A DNA stretch of 64,000 nucleotides. Source: Enoplolaimus lenunculus. Lineage: Eukaryota. The notes beneath the pieces were generated by a model that saw nothing but the letters and a program-made list of their open reading frames with translations, was not told where the DNA came from and ran no database searches. Shown here in pieces: positions 1-14,384 of this stretch; position 1 is the stretch's first letter; each line of letters starts with the position of its first letter. Location of the stretch: positions 310,001 through 374,000 of the forward strand of contig JASANG010000864.1 in assembly GCA_030248215.1 (NCBI GenBank), given 5' to 3'. The translations under genes and the position numbers were made by a program.

Positions 1-3000
1 GCTTAGGGCGTCGCGGTTGTAACACTTAGTTGGCTTTAGCTGAAGTTTGATGATTGAAATTAATGGTGCAGTAGCTAAGTTTAAGAAGACTTAGGGAAGG
101 CGTCGAGGTTCCGCTGGAATTGTGGCAAAAATTCATTTCCGGATCGTGTTCCTGTTACGGTATACAAGGACGCAAGAGGACGAATATTTACGGTTATGCG
201 GCGAATTGTGTGAACTATGAAATTTGTTGCGTCAGAGGTGGAAAAATATTAAATATTGAATCGATTTTGCAACCTCGAATAATTGTCACTTATTCGACTA
301 GGAAACACAATGTGAAATTCAGATGAATCATTTGTATCGCATAAGTTTTAGCACTGTACGTGGGGACGGTGATGGCGCACGTATCTCTTCCGTTACTGAA
401 CAACTGATTCCATACCTTGGGATTAGTCTACCTACCTGCCCAGATTTTGCTGGTTTTGCTGAATTGTAATCGAAATAGACAATCAGAACTAGAAATTCTG
501 TAATTGTTCGGATATTTTGCATTGGCAAACATAATATTGATTTAGGATGTCTGTTGGCTGGCAAAATTTTTCAAAAACGTCGCATGAACAAATTTGCGAT
601 GATTTCTCGTTCTTAAAGCTAAACAACAATCAATTATTGATAAGTTAACTCAACCACAGCAATTTAATAGATAAATGATAGAGAATTTTTATGCAACGTA
701 TCCCAACAAGTAGGATTACGACTAAAATTTGAAAATTCTGATTCCGATTGATTGCGCAATCGAAATCGGTATCGGAACTCGTTTAGAATCGGAATTCTAA
801 ACGGAATAGGAATATGCTGGTATTTTTAACAATTAATAAGGCTTCTTAAACACCGAATGTTTTCATAAGTTTGACGATCTGGCAAAGGAAAATAAAGCTT
901 TTCTTCGCCTTCAAGCCCAAGTGCAATAATACGTACGTAAATATATCTCGCGAAAACCACATATCTGAGCCGAACAAAATATTTTTGGTTTATTATAATT
1001 AAAAGCAATTTTATAACCAATTTTTGTATCAAAAACAAGCGTTTTTGTAATTTAATGCTTTGCAAACATGTGGAACTCCCGGAAATGTGTCTAAGTAAAG
1101 AAAAACGAACGCTAGCGTATTTTCTTGTTTAATGCGGTCATTTTTCGTTTTCGGCACAAAAACAGAAATTTGATCCGATTAGTTGTTGTATATTTCAATT
1201 TAAAAATTTAATTTTATAAGTTTCGTATTTTTAGGCATGAACAGTGCTGGCGGAAGCACCTCCAAAGCCTACCCCCATTTAGAGGGGGCGACCCTGGAGT
1301 GCCCCCATCTTGGCAAACTTAAAATCTGTTTCCGGGGATGGGCAGAGCTGTGCAACGTTTTATTGTAGGCCCGTCGGACCTGTTTGATGGCCAGACTATA
1401 ATAACGTCGGCCATGTGTACGGACTTATCATGCGTAAATGAAGGAACGGTTGTTAAAAATGTAAGAAATAATAGCTGGTATTCATCTCTCGTCCCGATGT
1501 TTTGGGTCACGAACTACTACGCGTCAGAAGCGGTCGCTAAAATGAATCATCGAGCGACCTCGTCTAAGCAATTTATGGTATTTCTTGGTTTCAAAAATCC
1601 GCTGAAGATATTTGTTGGTTTCAAAAATACTCTCCTGTCTCTATTTCGGTGTTTTGTTCGGTGACTTAACTTCAATATTAAAAACATTTTTGGAAATTGT
1701 TATTTAATCAAAATTGAATATGTAAAATTTGTAAAATTAACATAAAAGTTTTCAACAAAACTATTAACTTCTCGTTCGCGAACTATGCTATTAAAAGCGT
1801 TTTTCTACCGCAACCACTCAAAAGACATTTGACCCGGATATCAGAAGTAGAGAAGTCAGGTAAATTTAAATGAAAATTGTTTTCTTTGAGCCGTCTACGA
1901 AAGCTATTCGTTGGAGTTATAAGTCTCAAATGTTACTCTGTGGCTCGATTAATATTTTACAGGTAACTGTTAATTTGTCTAAAAGCATTTTAGTTGTTTT
2001 ATAAGTAAGTGATACAATATGGACAGACATGAATAGTTAGGAAATGCTTAATCCTGGTTATTGGTTCGTTTTGACTCATTCTTGGTTTGGGATTGGAATC
2101 GGAATCGGAACAGTACAGTATATACCGGAAGTGTAATCGAATCGGAATCGGAACTAGAAATTTGTGCCTGTACGGATTATATTGAAAAATATAATATTGA
2201 TTTAGGGTGTCTGTTATTGGCTGGCAACAATTTTCAAAAATGTCGCGCGAACAAATTGGTGACGATTTCAGGTTCTGTAAAGCTAAACAACAATCAATTA
2301 TTGATAAGTTAGTTAACCCATTGAAAGCAGTTTAATAGACAAATGATGCAGAATTTTTATACAACGTATTCCAACAAGTAGGATTACAATTAAAATTTCC
2401 AAATTCCGATACCGATTGATTGTGCGATCGGAATCGGAATCAAAACTCGTTTTTAGAATCGGAATTCCGATTGCGTTTAGAACTTCGAGTGAAAACGTGT
2501 TCCGATTCCGATTCTACAATCAATTGGAATCAGAATTTTGATATTTTAATTTTAGGCTTGAACTAAGTATAGACTTAATTTTTGAAATTTATTTCCGAGT
2601 CAAAGAGAGAGAATGACACAATCAGGTCATACTGGTCATTGTCTGGGTTTCTGAAACGTTTCTTAAGTATCACTTCACTTGGTACTTAAGTACGTGCTAA
2701 GTAATTACTTAACCATTTTGTCGTTTTTAAAAGCGTACTTTAGTTAAGTAAATAGTTTAGCCGATGACTAAATCTGATAAAGCCATTATATGCTAAATAA
2801 ATAAATACATGATTACTTGGCAAAAATTACATAACTGTAAAATTGAAATACAGAATATTAGAAAATATTTTAAGCTTTAGTTTTTTTCTTCATTCATTCG
2901 CGAATCTGTGTACGTTATGTCAGCAATGCATAAGAAACCATGCGTTTGTTGATAATACAATCCTAAAAACCAGACCATTGTTAATATGTTTTAAAAACCG

Positions 3001-6000
3001 CAAGATTTGATTAGCTGAGATAATCTAAGTTTATTAACAAAACAAGGATTTCTAGTTTGGTATAGATTTGAGAGTAATTTTTTTATGTTTTTTTTGCATA
3101 TGAATTTTGTAATTTACAATGAAGGATGGTCACAACAGGCGCGACCTATTTTTTTAAACCGAATTTTGTTTCGTTTAAACTACTCGAAGCAAGAGCGTAG
3201 CCAGCGGAGGTTTAGAAGCCAAACTCGGTGTTGTGATTTTTGTGGAGCGATGTAGGAACTTTTCCAGTAAACAAAATGAATTTGCAGTTAAAATTTTTCA
3301 TAACAGATAGATTTTAGAGTGATTTTTGATTTTTGTTTCGTTTAAACTACTCGTAGCAAGGGCGTAGCCAGCGGAGGTTTAGAGATCAAACTCGGTGTTG
3401 TGATTTTTGTGGAGCGATGTAGGAACTTTTGCAATAAACATAATGAATCTGTCATTCAAATTTTTCATAACAGGACGCACGTAAGCCATTGTCGAAAATT
3501 TCCTACCATCGTAACTGGTTTATATTTTATGTTCCATGCTAACGAATAAATAATTCCATCAATCAAGAGTTGTTTTAGTGCTTTTTTCAAAGTTAAAACA
3601 ATATATCGACTGATTGTTAAGATTACCAAACCAGCGGGGTTTACAAGGGCCGTAGAGGAATATATTCTTCAATTTCTGGAAAACTTCGAAACAGGGCACA
3701 TTTATAGGCTGTAGAAAAACCTACACAAAGGCCAAAGTGTTTCTCGATCGCTTTATGCAAATCTGGTTACATTCCTGTACACGTAGTATTTATTGTAAAG
3801 TGAATATAGTTTTAGAAGCAAATTAAAATTATCGTTAGGTTTTTAGGAAAGTTGATCTGTACTGTTGTTTTTAGCTACGGAACAGACTGAGAAAAGTTAA
3901 TAAGGATAGCGAAGTTGTTGGTTGTTTAGAAACTATTAAAATGTTACATATACATTTGACAACGTTCAGTTGTCTTTAACCCAAGAATGATGATAGTTCG
4001 GTCGTTGGCCGTAGCTAAGGAACGGGCAGGCTGAGGGGGCGCAGGCCTCCTGGAAATTTTTTGGCCCACTTAGAAAATGTTCAGCCTTGCTTGTATGTCA
4101 ACGAAAACACTTGTATGCCCGTCCTGAAATATGTTTAGCTCCCAATAGCAAGATGACCTGGCTATAGGCTTGGTTTGGTCGTAGCCATCAGGGAAATGTT
4201 TTTCTGTATATGTACATATCTGTTCATTATAGTCTTAAAGTTAGCAGCTTAAAGGACAGTTCTCGTCATCAAGTTGTTTAGGATCAGTTAAAAGTTGTCT
4301 CTTCACTTTTTTAACTTAGGACGCAGCCCGAATTCCGGTCCCGGAGGTGTAATTTTAGTATTTTCACTATCTCATTTCGGTGGTATATTTACTATACATT
4401 TTTCGTAGGATTTTCCAGTAGTTTTTGCAAATGTCGATCAATGATAATAATTCGCACACTAATTACGTACGAGTTTTGTTGCTGGGAAAATGTTAAAACT
4501 AATTGTTGACCGTTTTAAGTTGAACATCAATTTGCAAAGAACTGGTACCCGACAGACTGTAAACACCAGGTTCAATATAATACCGTTATGTGAGAATATG
4601 CGATCTCAAAAATGGTCAAAATAATGTTTTGTTTGCCGTTTTTGTAAATGGTTATACCATATAACACAGAGCGTTCTATAGTGCACTTTTTGTTATGCAT
4701 AATTCATGAATTTGGTCAGCTCAAATTTCGATAGACTAATAGCATCAAGCCCTTTGTATTGGAAACAATATCTGGTGTACAAGATAGCTTTTGTAAGTTC
4801 ACCAGGAGAAAATGTAAGGTGGGATACGGGAGTATACCCCTTGAAAGTTATGGGGATACGAAGATTTTAGGCTGTTTAAAGGAATTTTGGCTAATCTGTA
4901 GAATGATAGAAGGTTAAGATAGTTTCTCGTTGGCTGCGCTCGTTCGCAGAAGCTTTTACATATGGTAGGTTCTTGTATAAAGTGGTGTGAATTTTTAAAC
5001 GATATGGCTCGTTGGTGCTTTTGTTTGTCGAACAGGTATAAAAAGTTTGCTGTTATCCTGCCGCTGAATATAGGTAGAAAAGTGGTAAAAACTTATTTAC
5101 CTTATAGCTTGGTATGTTCAGTGCTTTGGGTAGGAAGTATCGCGGTTTACAGGCACGGGTCCGTAGCCGAGTTGTGGAAAATTTTTGCCCCCCCGTATAA
5201 AATTTTCAACCTTACTTGCAAGTCATTAAGACCCTTGAGTGGTCCTCCTGAATATTTTTTTAGCCTCCCCTAGCAAGGTGAGCTGGCTACGGTCCTGTAC
5301 AGCCAATCGCGTTGCCAGGATTTCAAATTGGTTTTTAGTTCATGAATAGACAGGGTTTGTCCCCTAAGACCCATGCGTTAGCTACATGCTTGAAGTTCGA
5401 GTATGCTTATTTCGCACAATTAGGTAATTTATATGTAATAATGAAGTATTTTAATGTGTAGAGTTACCTTATCTGATGTAATAATGACGCCTTATGTACC
5501 GGTGGTGGATAGACTCAGTTGGTCGAACGATATTCTTGTAAACAATATTCCTTTCGAGGCAACTTCGATCCACAGTTTTCGAAATTTTCAGATTTTGGCA
5601 TAATTTGAGACTAGGCTTAGACTTTAACTTTTGGCTGAAGCGTACTATTGCTCTCAGGTTAGGTAATTGCGCAATATTGAACGATTTGTATTATGCTGTT
5701 CTAACTGAATTATCGTGGTATTTAACTTTTGTTTCGATTTTCTTGGCCGAATCATTTCACATTTTTGATAAGTTTTGAATTTTTCGTTGTTGGATTTCGA
5801 CGAATCACGAGCATTAAATATGCTAGCGGTTCAAGTTCGCCCCAAGTGCACAAAAGCGAATGCATAAAAATGTGTATGCAAATTTTCTAATTATAGATCA
5901 ATCCTGTCTATATACTATGAAACAATTGTAAACAAAGTATGCAGGAAACTTGGCCAAAATACGTGCATGGAGTGTTGCAGCTTTAATTATATAGATATTT

Positions 6001-6676
6001 TAAAATTGAATTTAGTCAAAGTATAGCGATGTATACTTTTAAAATCGAATGTAGTCAAAGTATAGCGATGTATATTCTGCAGCATCGTGGATCCACCATT
6101 TATTGTGTACTAAAATTTGTAATGTAAACCTAAACCTACCGCTATATACACTTTAAGTGCACATAATTAAAATAACACCGCTTTAATACGCGGCAAGTTA
6201 ATTTGGTACCAATTTTAGCGTTTTTTTGGCGCTGCACACAAAAGGTCTCTGGCATTTATGGCATCTGCTTTTTTGTGCCATAAAATATGCGTTTTTATAA
6301 ATATTTTTGTTTTCGGCAACTTTTTGTTATTTTAAATACAAAAGTTTTTGGTATTTTACGTAACTGCATTAAATCATCGTAGTAGCAGCTGTAATGATGG
6401 ATGACGTTCCGTTTTATTTGACCTTCGGTAAAACGTGGGTTTTTTCCAATTCACTTTGACCCACATTTATATACGCTTAGGTTTATGTAAACGTTTATCT
6501 ATGCCTAAGCGTAAGGGTATATAAATGTGTGGGAAAGTGAATAAAAAGACTTCAGGTTTAAGTCAAAACGGAACATTGTCGTTACAGTTGATGATGATGA
6601 TATGACTTAGGGTTGCGCTATTCTCGTCGCACGCCGCCGGACACCGGAGTGTTTTACGATAAAAATTTTGCCGCAG

Positions 6677-7023
6677 GCCGCCGCGCGGTGCTTTAAAACA
6701 AAAATTACCGAATGCCGCCGTGCGGTGCTTTAAAACAAAAATTACCGAATGCCGCCGCGCGGTGCTTTAAAACAAAAATTACCGAATGCCGCCGCGCGGT
6801 GCTTTAAAACAAAAATTACCGAATGCCGCCGCGCGGTGCTTTAAAACAAAAATTACCGAATGCCGCCGCGCGGTGCTTTAAAACAAAAATTACCGAATGC
6901 CGCCGCGCGGTGCTTTAAAACAAAAATTACCGAATGCCGCCGCGCGGTGCTTTAAAACAAAAATTACCGAATGCCGCCGCGCGGTGCTTTAAAACAAAAA
7001 TTACCGAATGCTGCCGTGCGGTG
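6677..7023. repeat. 37-bp GC-rich minisatellite, 9 full copies plus a partial, inside a TAG-terminal TIR element (6608-7066)
   Basis: Unit GCCGCCGCGCGGTGCTTTAAAACAAAAATTACCGAAT; flanks TAGGGTTGCG / CGCAACTCTA. Confidence 0.92.
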
Positions 7024-9404
7024 GCGCCCGCCGGCGTCCGGTTCAGTAAAGTATAACGCAACTCTAAATGTTTGCCTCAAATCTACGACAGTTTGTCGCC
7101 CGAACACTTGTCGCTCAATATTGTATTAAAGTCTATGAATATATCTAAGCATAATCGTAAGCCTAAGCCTAAGCCTAACAACCATAATAATGAGCGACGA
7201 ATTGTCGAGTCGATGAAATTTCGGATTACAAGTTCTCGGACGACGAATTGTCGTGATATACTTTGCCTCAGCCTTTTGATTGTGGAACAGAGTATACGAG
7301 AGGCAAATTTTGTTTTAAAATAACGGCAGAATGGAAATATCAGTTTGTTCTCAAGGGTGGAATAACAAAAAATATCGATTATCCATACCTGAAACTTTTA
7401 AATACGCAGTTTTCGCGTAAAAAATAAATAATTAATTTAATTAATTGTAAATAGTTTTAACCATTAATTGTGTCAAGCTTGACACTAGATTTTCTGTAAA
7501 TACGTATTTTAATGCATAGTCGGCTCTTTTATAAGGTTTCATGCACACGTTTCGATATTTTAACATTTTGGCTTATCCTAGGCTTAGGGTTAAGCTTACG
7601 TTTTAAGGATGTGGGGAGCAACGTGTACAAGTAACTGTTCCGATTTTTGTCCAGTATTAATCGGCATCGGTAATAATAGTCACTTTTTGTTAGTATCGGT
7701 ATCGTTTGATCAGGGTAACTGTTATCTCTGTTTCGTTTGTGTTCAAAAAATAATAAAATGAACCGTTCTAATAAATTTATACTCTTTTATGCTTGTTAGG
7801 CTATAAGTCTTCGCATTTATAACGATGTAATGTTGTACTCTATCTGTTCTTTAAGCATCGTGTATTAAATTTCGAATCGGCATCGGCATATTTGTTTAAT
7901 AAAGATTGGCATCGGCAAAAAATTTTGTCATCGGCACATTATTGCTATTCAGTATTATAGTATTTTGGCCCGGTTTGAGTTTGTTTCAGGCAATCGTACC
8001 AGCCAGTTGTCATCACAACATTGCAATAATTCTTTCGGTTATATTAAGTTACCGAAGCATAATTTGACACACGGCATTATGTGCCAGCGAGATAATAAAC
8101 GCGCAGAATTATTTGTTTTGCTCAAGGCGTCAATACAAAATAAAGTATACTTTATTTGTATTGTTATCGGCAATTAAACGACGACAACGCATGATTTCAG
8201 CGTTATTTTGTTCACAACTGACTTTTATGATAAAGCAAACAGAAACTGATTTGACCACTGGCTGATGTAACGGGGGGCGTTCAGATTATGACCGTCAGTG
8301 GAGACCAAAACCAAAATTGAGTGTTAAGAGTTAAGTACTAAAATACTAAAGTTGTGTACTGCTTGTCGCTCGCTTGCTTAGCTTGTTTTTTCACTATTAT
8401 AATATGTCGAGTAGCCCACCGGCATAAATTGCAGGATCCGCTTCTGATTTTAAACGTAGTTGATTCGACAGCCTTTGGTGTCATTGCTGGTTTTGTTGGA
8501 TGTAGGTGCTAATGGTTTAAGTTAGGGTTTGATTAAGACTCGTGAAATATATAGATATTGTGATGCTAATAGCTTGGTCATTGGCTCTGAAATCATGTGA
8601 GCGTTATATATCAGAACTGATACTATACACACGGAAACTTTGAAGTCAATTACTGCTTTTTCTAGTTTTGACAGTGGGTGGCGCTCAGCTTTGATATTTG
8701 TAGCTTAATCTGGCTTTGGTAATAAAATATTAGATTTTACCCCTACTTACTTTGAGGTCTGGGTTTCCAATCATGGTTTGCTTTATTGGACCACTAGCGA
8801 TTCAGAGGAGGGTGGGGTGGGCGCCCGCCCCCGATCAGAAATTTATTTATGTTAAAATCGTAAGGTCCCTCCCTACCTTACAATTTTTCCCCTCATAAAA
8901 TATTTTGTTAAAAACAAGTTTTCCCGCAGAATTTTTTATGAAAAATGGTAAGGTCCCCCCTACCTTACAATCTTTCGCCCTCAGTTGTTTTGGTGATAAA
9001 ATGATAAGGTCTCTATTTTACAATTTTTGTGTTTTATATATAACATTTGCCAGCCCGCCTCCCCCCGTCAGAAATTTTTGGATCCGCTTATGTATTAGAC
9101 ATCTGGTTCTGGTGTTTTTGCCTCATGTTTCACACCTAATTTTCCTGGTACGTTTTCATTGTACAACATGGTGTGCAAGTTTAGTGCATTACACGTATAA
9201 TCGACTGCTGCTAAGCATCGATATGCATAACTACCAATTATTGATTTTGCTTTGCCGTTTTTTGATGGTGTTCCAACACAATTTAACAGACCGTTTAATG
9301 TGTTTATTGAACGTTTGTTTGTATTATTATTATTATAGTTGGTTCGCAGTAGGTAATAGCGTTTGCTTGGCATATGCTTCAAGTCTGAATTAATTTATAT
9401 ATAC

Positions 9405-9818
9405 CAATGGTTCAACCGGAATTCCTGTTCCGGTCGGAACTGCAAAAATTTAATTCCTGTTCCTGTTCCTGCAATCAAAGATGCAGGAACCGGAGTTTTT
9501 TTCGGTTTTGTGGCAGATTATTCACAATCGTTTCAAAATATTGGAAACTTTGTCTTTGATAATTTGTTATTTTGACATGTGTGTTTTTGCAATTACTTCA
9601 ATTTCGTTGATAAACTGTCTCTGATGGGTTTTCGCAAAATTTGATGATGAAATAGCTGCAAAATTCACTCAAACAATTTTTTGCCAAGTTTCTTAAAAGA
9701 TCAACAGTAATTCGGTGACGAAAATTATTTTCAAATTCCCGTTCCTGTTCCGGTTCGTGCAAAGAAATTCAATTCCTGTTCCCTGTTCCAGCAAAATTTA
9801 GTTCCTGTTGAAACCCTG
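9405..9818. mobile_element. hAT-type MITE with TTCCTG subterminal repeats
   Basis: Ends GTTGAAACCCTG; TSD ATATATAC/ATAAATAC; related copies near 47684-48060 and 52240-52595. Confidence 0.7.
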
Positions 9819-10071
9819 ATAAATACGTATATAAATAAATATTTTTAAGTAGTTCGATATCTATTGTCGTTTCCGTTTCCGTTATGACGGAATTCATCCA
9901 AAATGTGACTTAATTTTGTGTGGATACGCTATATTTTCTTAAAGATTATAAAAACCCGTTGAATATTTGCATAACTCAATTATATGGGCAGGAATGTAAA
10001 ATATTCATTTTGTTACTGTGATTCAGTATCCGTTTCAGTTAGTTTTACTATCGTTTACAGCTGGTAAAAAA

Positions 10072-10328
10072 TTTTTTTATTCGTTCTTGGAGAACTGTGC
10101 TAATAGTCCCACCTGTGCTACCGGATATTAATTTTCCGGATACGAGATAGTGGTAAGATTTTTTATTCGTTCTTGGAGAACTGTGCTAATAGTCCCACGG
10201 TGCTACCGGATATTAATTTTCCGGATACCGGATAGTGGTAAGATTTTTTTATTCGTTCTTGGAGAACTGTGCTAATACTACCACGGTGCTACCGGATATT
10301 AATTTTCCGGATACCGGATAGTGGTAAG
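10072..10328. repeat. 86-bp tandem repeat x3
   Basis: ATTCGTTCTTGGAG recurs at 10079, 10165 and 10251. Confidence 0.9.
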
Positions 10329-12089
10329 CTATTTTTCATTTAACTTCGGTATGAAAAACGTAAGCTTATTGACTGCTTGTATAAATCAGTTTCACGCCAT
10401 TCTTGATCTCAACTGGTGTCGGTTTGACTTTTTGCCGGATAATAAACCAAAATTGGACCCACGGTGCTACCACAGATAGGAAAAAAAAAACGAAATTGAT
10501 ATCAACGTAATCTTTCCGGCAAATATCGAGCACTTTTGAACCGAAACTGAATATAAGTTGATTTGAATGTCATTTGATGCAGGATGTAAACGAGTAGTAA
10601 ACAAATTAAAATGTTATGAGCTATAAACAATCGAATGGTTTCATTAATAACACTAATATAGATGGATATAGCGAGGAAGATTTAATGGTGTTACCGTGTT
10701 GTTCAGCGTTGGATCCGGCATGCTTCCGGTGCTCAGTGTGCGATAGTAAGTTAAATCGATGTATTGTCGGCTAGGAAACAAAAGCGGATGCGTTTTAAGG
10801 ACTGGTTTACTGTAGAAATTTAGATATTAACTCATTGACCGGTAGTCTAGATTTTGTCCGTTCTTCAAAACAGGGAAAACACAAATATACGTATATATTT
10901 TGAGTTTCCGAGAATAACGGCACTGCACCCTTGTGGACCCAGGGTCAAAAGATGTAAGATAAAATGTATGCAACGAAGCGTAGATGTATGCAGCAGGCGG
11001 TTGGTGCTAAAGCACCAGCAACGGCGGCTTCCTAAATTTTGGACCCTACTAATTTCTGGTTCGATATGATAAACCATTTTGAGCAGAGTTTTGTGGTTAC
11101 AAAATTCTGACAGGGTTACAACCGTCATTGCCTTTTCAAAGACAAGAAGCCTACTGTCTGTACGTAAAGGCGAAGTATATAATTTGAAAACCAAGACTCA
11201 GGGCCGCAACAGCGTTCGTGGACTGGGGCGCTTCAATCAAACGGAACCAAAAGTTGTTTTACCGCATCGTAAGAATTCCAATAATTTTCTCGTTGTCTTT
11301 TTTTATGAATCTTCTTGCCATAGTGGCAATTCCTGGTTGTTGGAGCGCACAGGCTTCGCTCAGAAAAAATAGATGATGCATCATCGAAACCACCTGAGAT
11401 TTACGTTTCACTTGCAATTTGATTCATTTGCGTTGTTGTAATGGATGTATTTTTACAACTTTGCAATAAACGACGCCGTGAAAAAGTGACTTCAGTTGTT
11501 GTTTTTTTTGTTGCTCAAAACAAGTCAATTACTCAATTATGTTGTTGTTGTTTTTGTTGCTTTGTTTGTTTTTTATGTTACTTGTATGTTTTGCAATATT
11601 TATATACATTTCGTAAATTCGTTTTGTCGTCGTCTCGATTGCAGTCAGCAGTCAATTACAATAGCATTATTGTATTGCGTATATATTGCACGCCGATCTG
11701 ATTACAGTAAAATAATTATAAATTGTAGGTTGTAACGCATTGCTGGAATAGCTTAGGTTTAGGTTTAGGCTGCTTATGCTTAGGTTTAGCCTTGGGTTTA
11801 ATATCATTTTTAAAATGTTTAACCTCAGCTCCAGACATATAACAACAGTGTTGCGGGGCAACTTTTGACCGAGGGTGGAGGGAAAGTAAACAAGTACTCA
11901 ATTGCATTATTGCATCAATTGTGCTGAAAAAGTTTTCATATATTCAAGCTGGGTGATTTTGTTGCTTTCGTACGAATGCTTATATGGCGATGCGTACTTA
12001 CTGAAGTGTCTATTGGAGACCAATTGTTGTTTACGGTTATTCAGATTAACTCTTTCTCACATGAATATTTTCTATTTCTCCTGACACCT

Positions 12090-12162
12090 ACTTTTATGCT
12101 AGCATTCGAACTCCAGTGACTGGAGTGAGAGGCGTATACCATCACCACTCAGCTATAGGAGC
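12090..12162 (-). pseudogene. tRNA-derived sequence (tRNA pseudogene or SINE head, CTC anticodon-like)
   Basis: Minus strand GCTCCTATAGCTGAGTGGT...TCTCAC...GGAGTTCGAATGC has A and B boxes, but the cloverleaf is poorly paired. Confidence 0.6.
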
Positions 12163-13158
12163 TTGACGCTCCAGCCCGAAGGGGCTCTCACGTCTTGTGG
12201 TGATTTAGTACTATGCATACGTGTTGCAATTGTTAAACACGGTGCGTTATATACTATTTAACGTATATACACTGCGCTGAGTCGCCTACAGGCAACTCAA
12301 TGTGAGAAGTGGTTAAATTAATCTCCACAGAATCAATTATTATAGGGTAAACAGTGCCTACAAAAGCGCCCCGCTAAACTCCGATTTGTGGAGGTCGATT
12401 GTTGAGGGAGCCCCATCTTTGCAAACTAATTTTTTCGCGGACCACGAAATTATGGAGCTGGAAAATATTTTATTGGGGGCCCCATCGGTCCTGTTTGAGT
12501 GAAGGGGCCGACTGTTCTAACGCCGGCCTGAGGATAACTATAAAACCAGACATATAATTGATTTGCATGCGTTGCCGTTGTCATTTCAGTTTTTCAACTG
12601 TGTCAGAATGTTTTAATAAGTTTTTGAGTATTTTTGAACCACAAAGTATCAAAACCATGTTGCCGCCTGCGCTTCGCGTTTTCTTTCGGTTGTTTCGCAG
12701 TATTGGTTGACTACTGACGGAGTAGCGGAAACTGCCCAGCGGCAAAAGAAAACAAACAATTGGTCGTATAAAAAATTGCTCGAAAGTTATATATATAAAC
12801 GAACCTACTGCACAACACAACTTACAAAATATGAAAAATGTCACTAGTCAATGAAATTGCCTAACCTCTTGTTAAATTGCTAGAAAACGCCAAACTTAAT
12901 TTTTTCCCTGAGTCAAACGCAGACCTCTGATTGTATTCCTAACTTGCGTTTACTCGCGTGTCGCGTACAACTCTGGATGTAACTGGTAGCACATTCTATT
13001 TCGTTCGATATTTAATTTAGAAGTATGGGGTTGAGTACACACACCTACCCGAGCAATCCAAGAGCACCTCTGGGGTAAATGCACCACTTGCTTCCCCTAT
13101 TTCGGTGCAGTCTACCTAATGTTCAGAGTTGAACATTGTGTTTCTGAAACATTCGTTG

Positions 13159-13585
13159 CAGAGTTGCAACGCAATTCCGATTCCGGCTGAAATTCCGACA
13201 TAATTTGCACTCCGATTACGATTCCGACGGTGTGTGATTCCGATGCCGGAATGAAGGTATTTTCGGTGACGTGTGTTTTTTCCATCAAAATTATTTCATA
13301 TTTAAAAGTTATATTCCATCTTAATTTAAGGAAATTAAAAAGACCGAAAATGAATTGCAAAACAACACCTGATTTCGAGAATTATACTTTGCCATTGAAA
13401 ACTTACACTAAGAAAATCCTGTGTAAACTGTGAAATAAAATCTATTTGGTTTTACGACTAAAAATTAACGAAATCATAACACACTTCAATCTAAAATTTC
13501 CGATTCCAGTTCCGATTCTGGTTCCGACGAGCAAATTCAATTCCGATTCCGATTTCAACAAAATTAAGTTCTGGTTGGAACCCTG
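13159..13585. mobile_element. hAT-type MITE with TTCCGA subterminal repeats
   Basis: CAGAGTTGCAAC...GTTGGAACCCTG; perfect 8-bp TSD ATTCGTTG. Confidence 0.82.
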
Positions 13586-14172
13586 ATTCGTTGCACTAAT
13601 AGTTGAGTGGTTGCATAAATTTTCGGTTAACTTTTAGAGTATGTATATTCACAGCATTAATAAAGCACTGTTATAAAAGCATGTTTGCGAGTTGCGTTTT
13701 AGTAGAAAAACAAATTTGTCCAAATGTTGCTCATATTGTAGACCGTATATCGGATTCGAACTCTGGGCGAAACCATACACTTTGTGCCTACCAGTGCCAT
13801 TTATAAACTTTTTATGAATGAAGGACCCAGTTGTAAATTTTTACATATTTGAATTATTTTTGACTATAAATACTTAGCAATTAGTTTTTTTATTACCAAC
13901 AAATACGAAGAATATATATAGAAAATCATAAGCTTGTTTGTGTTGCGCGACGCAAAAATTTTTCATTTCAAAAATTGCCTAATATTAAGCGTTATTTCGA
14001 ATGAACTGATAACAATTTTGTGAACATATTATTTGTATTGTTTGCGCTATAAATCAGCCTGTCTTACTACTACATTAGTGTGCTGCGTGCGAAAATTCGT
14101 GTTATTATAGGTTAGTTCAAAGCGGTCATGATTTATTAAACGTTTTATACTGCAAGGCTGAACCGGAATCAG

Positions 14173-14384
14173 GGCCAGTGTGAGTTTAAGGGGCGTGCGT
14201 AACACTAGATTAAGCGCATTCCTAAGCCTAAGCCTAAGCGTTGCAAAAATGTGTTCCTAAGCCTAAGCCTAAGCGTTGAAAAAATGTGTTCCTAAGCATA
14301 AGCAAAAAAATGTAACGTAGAATCTAAACCTATTCTTTTGTGGACCTACCAGAAACTTGGACGCCCCTTAAAGTAACATGGGCC
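14173..14384. mobile_element. GG-terminal MITE with internal GCCTAA/TTAGGC repeats (Merlin-like)
   Basis: TIR GGCCA..TTTAAGGGGCGT / ACGCCCCTTAAAGTAACATGGGCC; perfect 8-bp TSD GGAATCAG. Confidence 0.85.

Noticed and set aside
5503..5575. Another tRNA-like sequence
   Set aside because: An A-box-like TAGACTCAGTTGG is present, but the B box and stems are too degraded to support a call.
6677..7023. CRISPR-like array (also 18660-19475 and 27660-28590)
   Set aside because: Head-to-tail repeats with no unique spacers, no cas genes, and a eukaryotic context.
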